Part shown: positions 23,480-28,844 of the stretch, piece after piece
Numbering within the stretch: position 1 is the first letter of the stretch
Layout of the letters: each line of letters starts with the position of its first letter
Source: a virus
Length of the DNA stretch: 28,844 nt
Virus record (IMG/VR): IMGVR_UViG_3300030118_001361
Location: 1 to 28,844 of that record
Strand: one strand, 5' to 3'
Program-made: the position numbers and the translations under genes
The notes under the pieces: model-generated
Databases searched by the model: none
Told to the model about the DNA's origin: nothing
What the model saw: only the letters and a program-made list of their open reading frames with translations

Positions 23480-23863
23480 ATGGGCAAAAAAGAACGTACA
23501 CTAAAAAAAGATACACTACTACAAGCATTAGAAAATAGCTTAGGTATAGTATCAACAGCTTGTAATAGAACAGGCATAAGTAGAAGTAGCTACTATAAAT
23601 GGTATAAAGAAGATGAGGAGTTTAGACAAAAGGTAGATGAAATTGATAATGTAAAGCTAGACTTTGTAGAATCAAAGCTATTTAAGAATATAGAAAACGA
23701 GAAAGAAAAAAGTATAATATTCTACTTACAACACAAAGGACACAAAAGGGGATATATACAAAGACAAAATATTAATCTAACATCTAATGAAGAAGATATA
23801 AAAAAGATTGAAATTGAAATCATTGAATCTAAAGGGAACAGTAGTTCTACAAAAGAATCTTAA
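23480..23863 (+). CDS. terS: Terminase small subunit-like HTH protein
   Basis: The N-terminal HTH (LGIVSTACNRTGISRSSYYKWYKEDEEFRQKV) lies immediately upstream of, and overlaps, the large terminase gene. Confidence 0.55.
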   Translation: MGKKERTLKKDTLLQALENSLGIVSTACNRTGISRSSYYKWYKEDEEFRQKVDEIDNVKLDFVESKLFKNIENEKEKSIIFYLQHKGHKRGYIQRQNINLTSNEEDIKKIEIEIIESKGNSSSTKES

Positions 23864-24983
23864 AGCTAGTACAAGAATTGTAGTTAATCAAGGGGGTACA
23901 AGATCAAGCAAGACATTTAGTTTAGCACAATTAATAATACTTAAAGCATTACAATCAAAGGGAAAGGTATATACTATTTGTCGTAAAACATTACCTGCCC
24001 TTAAATCTTCTGCGTATAGAGATTTTTTTAATATATTAGAATCACACAACTTATACAATCCTGACAATCATAATAAGTCAGAGCTTACATATAAGCTAAA
24101 CAGCAATACAATAGAGTTTATTTCTGTTGATCAACCTGCAAAGGTTCGTGGTCGTAAGAGGAATTATGTTTGGTTAAATGAAGCAAATGAATTTAGTTTT
24201 GAGGATTGGGTACAGTTAACACTAAGAACAACAGAAAGAATTTATTTAGACTTTAATCCCTCTGATCCTTACTCCTGGATTTACGACAATGTAATAAATA
24301 GAGATGATTGCACTTTTATTAAATCAACATATTTAGACAATCCTTTTTTGCCTGAAGAAACAATAAAGGAAATAGAAAGATTAAAAAAGCTAGACAGTAA
24401 CTATTGGACTATTTACGGATTAGGGGATATGGCACAACCTACAGAAACTATATTTAGACAATTTGAGATATGCAACAACATACCAACAGAAGCAACACAA
24501 ATAGCAATAGGTCTTGATTGGGGTTATTCTAATGATCCTACAGCAATAGCAGAAGTATATAAGCTAAATGACGATTTATACATTAATGAGTTGTTATACG
24601 CTAAAGGTTTAACAAATCAAGATATTGCAAATAAGCTGAGGGAATTAGGTATAACAAGACAAACAGAGATAATAGGAGATAGTGCAGAACCAAAGAGTAT
24701 AGAAGAAGTACACAGATTAGGATTTAACATAAAACCTGCAAAAAAAGGAGCAGACAGTATTAACATGGGTATTGATGTACTTAGAAGATACAAGATACAT
24801 ATTACTAAAAATAGTGTAAATGCTATAAATGAATTTAAGTATTATAAATGGCTTGTAGACAAGAATGGTCAAGTAATAAACAAACCTGCTACTAATCAAC
24901 TAGATCACTTGATTGATAGCATTAGGTACGTTGCACTAAACAAACTTACAACAAACTATAGTGGTAAGTATTATATATTATGA
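23808..24983 (+). CDS. terL: Terminase large subunit (PBSX/terminase_3-like), TTG start
   Basis: Walker A NQGGTRSSKT, Walker B-like YVWLNEANE, and RNase-H-like nuclease acidic residues (IGLDWGYSNDPTA, IGDSAEPKSI, DHLIDSIRY). The frame opens at 23802 with only TTG codons available as starts. Confidence 0.85.
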   Translation: MKLKSLNLKGTVVLQKNLKASTRIVVNQGGTRSSKTFSLAQLIILKALQSKGKVYTICRKTLPALKSSAYRDFFNILESHNLYNPDNHNKSELTYKLNSNTIEFISVDQPAKVRGRKRNYVWLNEANEFSFEDWVQLTLRTTERIYLDFNPSDPYSWIYDNVINRDDCTFIKSTYLDNPFLPEETIKEIERLKKLDSNYWTIYGLGDMAQPTETIFRQFEICNNIPTEATQIAIGLDWGYSNDPTAIAEVYKLNDDLYINELLYAKGLTNQDIANKLRELGITRQTEIIGDSAEPKSIEEVHRLGFNIKPAKKGADSINMGIDVLRRYKIHITKNSVNAINEFKYYKWLVDKNGQVINKPATNQLDHLIDSIRYVALNKLTTNYSGKYYIL

Positions 24984-24997
24984 ACAAAAACAACAAT

Positions 24998-25010
24998 TTT
25001 ATATTTATAA
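24998..25010 (+). promoter_or_regulatory. Copy of the conserved 13-mer TTTATATTTATAA, 3 nt upstream of the ATG at 25014
   Basis: Exact match to 4892..4904 and 8705..8717. Confidence 0.35.
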
Positions 25011-25013
25011 CAA

Positions 25014-25598
25014 ATGGCTAGAGAACAATTTGAAATTACAATACCTACAGAATGGAAAGATATTACAATATCAGAATTTCAAAGGTATTTGCAAATAGCA
25101 AAGAGTAAAAGAAAAACAAGAGAAGAAGAAATAATAGCTCTGTTTTGTAAGTTAGATAAAAAGACAATAAAAAAAATAAAACTAAAAGATAAAAACATTT
25201 TAGTTGATAAAATAAATACTTTTATTAATACTAAAAATGAAACTAAGTTACAAAAGAGGGTTACATTTAAGGGAAAGGATTATGGATTTGTGCCTAATCT
25301 TAGTAAGATAACAACAGGGGAGTTTGTAGACATTGAAGAATACGGCAGAGATATAAACGAAAATTTACATAAAGTAATGAGCGTTTTATATAGAGAGATA
25401 GATAAAGAGGTAAACGAATTTTATAGTGTAAAACCTTACGATCCTGATGAGTTAGAGATAGATAAGTTTAAAGACTTTCCAATGAGTACAACACTATCTG
25501 CGATAGATTTTTTTTTTCGTTTAGGCATAAACTTATTGGAAGATTTAAACAATTATTCGATGGAAGTGATGAGGAAGAACAAGGAAATAAAACCTTAG
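25014..25598 (+). CDS. Tail assembly chaperone-like protein (G-like product)
   Basis: Its size, acidity and pattern (ITISEFQRYLQI...VTFKGKDYGFVPNLSKITTGEFVDIEEYG...LHKVMSVLYREI...STTLSAIDFFFRLG) resemble phage tail assembly chaperones. It is followed by a start-less -1 frame extension. Confidence 0.5.
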   Translation: MAREQFEITIPTEWKDITISEFQRYLQIAKSKRKTREEEIIALFCKLDKKTIKKIKLKDKNILVDKINTFINTKNETKLQKRVTFKGKDYGFVPNLSKITTGEFVDIEEYGRDINENLHKVMSVLYREIDKEVNEFYSVKPYDPDELEIDKFKDFPMSTTLSAIDFFFRLGINLLEDLNNYSMEVMRKNKEIKP

Positions 25599-25762
25599 CA
25601 GGTAAATGGGGTTGGTATAACATAATATTTGGACTGAGTAATGATAATATACTTAACATTGAAAAAGTAGTAAAAACAGAGATAACATTGTTGCTAACTT
25701 ATTTAAGCTATCAACAAGACAAAAACAATATAGAAAGAAACAATTATAATCAACATAAATGA
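25472..25762 (+). CDS. -1 frame extension (GT-like frameshift product segment). It has no ATG or GTG, and the only TTG codons lie late in the frame, near 25690.
   Basis: The frame is -1 relative to 25014..25598 and stays open from 25472 to the TGA at 25760-25762. It encodes ...LFDGSDEEEQGNKTLAGKWGWYNIIFGLSNDNILNIEKVVKTEITLLLTYLSYQQDKNNIERNNYNQHK. Its TGA overlaps the next ATG (ATGA at 25759). It fills an otherwise 160-nt 'intergenic' gap. Confidence 0.5.
   Translation, partial: RLSNEYNTICDRFFFSFRHKLIGRFKQLFDGSDEEEQGNKTLAGKWGWYNIIFGLSNDNILNIEKVVKTEITLLLTYLSYQQDKNNIERNNYNQHK
25508..25517 (+). promoter_or_regulatory. T10 homopolymer, a candidate slippery site (U UUU UUU) for -1 frameshifting
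   Basis: GAT TTT TTT TTT CGT in the zero frame lies inside the two-frame overlap. Confidence 0.4.
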
Positions 25763-26271
25763 TAACATATAAAAACATAATAGACGATTTTAACACAATA
25801 GCAACTAATCATTTTTTGATTAACTCTTTCCATAGTGGAATGTTAGACGAGGTTGATTTAAACAAGCTAGATCAATCAGATTTTCCTATACTATATGTTG
25901 AGCCTGGAAACACTAACATAGACAAAGGTGTACTAACTTATACATTTACTGTATTTACAATGAATTTAATTAAAGAAGATTTATCTAATCGTGAAGAAGT
26001 ATGGTCTGAAATGTTACAAATAATGCAAGATATAATAGCTGAGTTTAGACAGAACCTATCAGTACAAACATCAGGTGGAGATAGTGGTAAAAAGTTTAGC
26101 TATGTACCTAATGAAGTTGTTTTAAATATGCCTATAAACGCAGAACCATTTACAGTTAGATTTGCTAATATGCTTACAGGTTGGAATGCTACTTTTACAA
26201 TGCAAGTTAATAATGCTAATTCTTTATGTAATGCTCCTATTGAACCTAGCGATGAAAACAGAGATTCATAA
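25759..26271 (+). CDS. Neck / tail-completion-like protein (170 aa)
   Basis: Its position between the chaperone and the HK97 gp10-like gene, plus its size and composition, are typical of head-tail joining proteins. No verified motif. Confidence 0.35.
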   Translation: MITYKNIIDDFNTIATNHFLINSFHSGMLDEVDLNKLDQSDFPILYVEPGNTNIDKGVLTYTFTVFTMNLIKEDLSNREEVWSEMLQIMQDIIAEFRQNLSVQTSGGDSGKKFSYVPNEVVLNMPINAEPFTVRFANMLTGWNATFTMQVNNANSLCNAPIEPSDENRDS

Positions 26272-26876
26272 TGAGTAAAGACTTTAAAACAACATCAATA
26301 GAAAAAGCTCTTACATCATTTGGTAGTAAGTTGATAGAAAAAGCTAGGTCTAATTTACATAAAGACGATAAAGCAGGGGGAACTCTATATAGTCAAATGA
26401 GTTATGATATAGAGAAAACAGAAACAGGCGTAAAGTTCAAAATGGATTTTGGTAAAGCCGAGAACTATTGGATGTTTGTAGATCAAGGAGTAAGAGGTAG
26501 AGGTGGGTATAAAGGTAGAGGTAATTTAAGGGGTGTAGGAAGTCCATTTAAATTTGGAACTAGATCAGGCAGACCTGGGGGTTTAAAAGAAGCAATTAGA
26601 GATTGGGTTTTTAAGAAAAAAATAAGAGGTAGAGCAAGAGCAGATTGGAAAGGATCAAAAGGTGGTCAATTTATAAAAAAAGAAAGTTTAATTTATCTTA
26701 TATCAAGAGCAATATATCAAAGAGGTCTTAAAAGGTCTAGGTTTATAACAAAGCCATATGATGATATGATAGATGATTTAATTACAAACATACAGTTAGC
26801 AGGTAAAGATGACGCAATAGAATATCAAGACGATTATTTAAAAGTACAAGACTTAAACATAAAAATTAGTTTATAA
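26271..26876 (+). CDS. HK97 gp10-like head-tail joining protein
   Basis: The pattern KARSNLHKDDKAGGTLYSQMSYDIE...AENYWMFVDQGVRG resembles the gp10 family (..tG.L..si...yA.yvE.G). A basic Gly/Arg-rich insertion follows. Confidence 0.4.
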   Translation: MSKDFKTTSIEKALTSFGSKLIEKARSNLHKDDKAGGTLYSQMSYDIEKTETGVKFKMDFGKAENYWMFVDQGVRGRGGYKGRGNLRGVGSPFKFGTRSGRPGGLKEAIRDWVFKKKIRGRARADWKGSKGGQFIKKESLIYLISRAIYQRGLKRSRFITKPYDDMIDDLITNIQLAGKDDAIEYQDDYLKVQDLNIKISL

Positions 26877-28336
26877 TGGCAACAACGATAACACAGAAAC
26901 CAAATTTATTAAGTGCAGTAAACACACCACTAATATACATATTGACAGAAAGTTCATCAACAGTATATAATGGTTTTAAATTTAGGTATGTTTTAAAAGT
27001 AGAAGTAGATGGTGTAGAGATACAAGTTTTAAAAATACATAAGAACCAACAAAACGTAGGTATATTTGATTTAAGTCATATACTAAAAGCTCATTGTGAA
27101 ACGCAATTAGTAAATCAAAATAGCACAAGTTATAGCATTCATACTTTAGGAATACAAGATGCAGGAAAGGTTTTTAGTCAAAACTCAGGACAATTAGCAA
27201 AAGTAACTGTTAAGGCATTTTATGAAGTTGCAACGTCAGCAACTGACGATCCTGCTTTATCATCACAACAAGCATCAGCAGACAGTTTTTTTATACCTGC
27301 AACAACGCCTTTTACTAAAACTGCAACAAATGTAGGTGGTTTAGATATTATAAATGTTGCAGATGCTTCATTTAACAACTTTCCTTTGACTTTTTTTATG
27401 AATAGCACTTCATCAGAAGATAGTTGTACTTTTTTTACTAATGCACCTACAGTACAATTTGTAAGAGGTTCTAGTACAAGTGCTGATAATTTAGATGAGC
27501 TTACTATATGTTTTAAGCAGGGCGATGCTTCTAATGGTATATTAAATCAAGGTAGTAAAATAGATAATATAGCTATACAGTATTTTAATAGTGCAGGTAC
27601 ATTAATTGCAGGAACAAGTGGAAGTGCAACAGTACACTTCTTTGATAATACAAATGCTAATGGTGGAGCTACTTCTACACAGTCAAACACAGTTGCAGAA
27701 TCAATATTATATTTTGGTTGCGGAACAAAAAATTTACAAACACAAACAGAAGATACTAATGCTAGACCTAGCAATTTTTCTGATTGGTCGTATTATAGAA
27801 TTTTTGGTTGTACCTCTAACGATATTGCTAATAGATGTACTAAATATTATAACTTTTATAGATATGGAAGTGGAGCAACAGTTGATGACAGGCATCAAAG
27901 CTGTACTAGATATGATAATATTAGATTAGCTTGGCGTAATAGATTAGGTGCTTGGGATTATATGAATTTTAGAGGTAGATCAAAAGAAAGTGTAAGTATA
28001 AAATCAGAAGAAATGTCAAGAGTTGTAGGTAATTGGGATTCAGCAACTAGCAATACTTTTAATTACAATAATTGGGATAGGGGCAGAGAAACTTTATTTA
28101 CAGAAGCACAAAGAAAATTAACTATTAACTCTGACTTTTTAAATGAAGATGAAGCATTATGGTTAGAGGAATTATTTACGTCAGTAAACGTGCAAATATT
28201 AGAAGATGGCGGTATAGTAAAGCCTGTTATAATTACAGATAAATTATATACTAAAAAAACAAGTGTAAACGATAAGATAAAAATACAATACACAATAAAA
28301 TTAGAGTACGCAAACAAAGTTAGAACAAATAGCTAA
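26876..28336 (+). CDS. Tail-tip / baseplate-like structural protein (486 aa)
   Basis: Large ORF directly upstream of the 1126-aa fibre-like gene and coupled to it by TAATG. No verified motif. Confidence 0.4.
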   Translation: MATTITQKPNLLSAVNTPLIYILTESSSTVYNGFKFRYVLKVEVDGVEIQVLKIHKNQQNVGIFDLSHILKAHCETQLVNQNSTSYSIHTLGIQDAGKVFSQNSGQLAKVTVKAFYEVATSATDDPALSSQQASADSFFIPATTPFTKTATNVGGLDIINVADASFNNFPLTFFMNSTSSEDSCTFFTNAPTVQFVRGSSTSADNLDELTICFKQGDASNGILNQGSKIDNIAIQYFNSAGTLIAGTSGSATVHFFDNTNANGGATSTQSNTVAESILYFGCGTKNLQTQTEDTNARPSNFSDWSYYRIFGCTSNDIANRCTKYYNFYRYGSGATVDDRHQSCTRYDNIRLAWRNRLGAWDYMNFRGRSKESVSIKSEEMSRVVGNWDSATSNTFNYNNWDRGRETLFTEAQRKLTINSDFLNEDEALWLEELFTSVNVQILEDGGIVKPVIITDKLYTKKTSVNDKIKIQYTIKLEYANKVRTNS

Positions 28337-28844
28337 TGAAAGTAAGATTAGTAGCATATAGAAAGCAAACAACGTCATCTAGTGAATTATCACAATTTGA
28401 ATTAGATTTACAAAAAGAGCCAAATGTAGTTGTTAATTATAATTGGTTAGATTTAAAAGATCCTAGCAGAAGAAAATCTAGTTTTAGTCAAACTGTTAAA
28501 CTGCCTTTTTCTAATGCTAACAACAAGTTTTTTGAAAATTACTTTGACGTTAATTTACAAAATCTAGTTTTTAATTCACAAAAAAAATTCAATGCAATAT
28601 TATACATAGACAGCATACCACAACTAAAAGGATTTATACAGTTAAAGTCTATAATGTTAAATGCCAGATTATACGAGGTAGCTTTGTTTGGACAAACAGC
28701 GGATTTTTTCACTGATATAAAAAGTAAAAAACTTAGAGATGTATTTACTGATCCTAGTTCTACTAATGAAGATGAGCCTGTTATAGACACTTCACTAAAT
28801 CATTATTTTTCAAATACAAATGTTGTTAAAAGTTGGACAAGTCC
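28336..28844 (+). CDS. 5' part of the 1126-codon tail fibre / host-recognition gene (continues into 1..2971)
   Basis: ATG at 28336 shares a base with the upstream TAA. MKVRLVAYRKQTTSSSELSQFELDLQKEPNVVVNYNWLDLKDPSRRKSSFSQTVKLPFSNANNKFF... stays open to the window end and is in frame with 2..2971 after the 28,745-bp offset. Confidence 0.75.
   Translation, partial: MKVRLVAYRKQTTSSSELSQFELDLQKEPNVVVNYNWLDLKDPSRRKSSFSQTVKLPFSNANNKFFENYFDVNLQNLVFNSQKKFNAILYIDSIPQLKGFIQLKSIMLNARLYEVALFGQTADFFTDIKSKKLRDVFTDPSSTNEDEPVIDTSLNHYFSNTNVVKSWTS
28746..28844. repeat. Terminal overlap, exact copy of 1..99
   Basis: Direct comparison of the two ends. Confidence 0.95.

Noticed and set aside
27220-28790. Embedded ORFs within the tail genes (27220..27408 -, 27547..27774 -, 27606..27929 +, 28063..28317 -, 28539..28790 -)
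   Set aside because: They sit entirely inside the 486-aa and 1126-aa structural ORFs and show no coupling or motif evidence.
1-28844. A search by eye for tRNA genes, CRISPR repeats, integrase/recombinase, transposase or IS ends
   Set aside because: The window has no GC-rich cloverleaf-sized islands and no regularly spaced repeats. It also has no Tyr/Ser-recombinase or DDE motifs. The gaps between genes are short and are explained by small ORFs, terminators or promoter regions.

Overview
This AT-rich, densely coding window is a complete, circularly closed tailed-phage (Caudoviricetes) genome. Bases 1-99 are identical to 28746-28844, so the unit length is 28,745 bp. The gene starting at 28336 reads in frame through the junction into 1-2971, giving about 1126 codons. 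Nearly all genes are on the + strand, and many have coupled ATGA or TAATG stop/start overlaps. Modules, called by eye from motifs:
- Packaging: HNH, ParB-like, TerS-like and TerL.
- Tail and neck: a chaperone-like gene with a start-less -1 frame extension behind a T10 run, two neck-like proteins, 486-aa and 1126-aa tail-tip or fibre proteins, and a tape-measure-like protein.
- Head: XkdF-like protease, acidic scaffold, major capsid plus terminator, a tube-like protein, a portal fused to a MuF-like domain, and a connector.
- Envelope and lysis cassette: a signal-peptide beta-barrel OMP-like protein, a Cys-rich secreted protein with an LDLa-like DGxxDCxDxSDE motif, small TM proteins, a CxxC-less secreted thioredoxin-like protein, a YkuD-like lysin candidate and a 3TM-type holin.
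- Other: a metallophosphoesterase, and a reverse-strand micro-operon of six tiny genes ending in a winged-helix gene. A divergent promoter/operator region follows, then a Cro-like HTH, a replication-initiator-like protein, VRR-NUC, two DPPY methyltransferases and a sigma-like factor.

I saw no integrase, DNA polymerase, helicase, primase, tRNA or CRISPR array. A Bacteroidota (Flavobacteriia-like) host is inferred from TAnnTTTG-type promoter motifs, weak Shine-Dalgarno usage and AT-richness. All functional calls are unaided pattern recognition and need HMM and structure confirmation.
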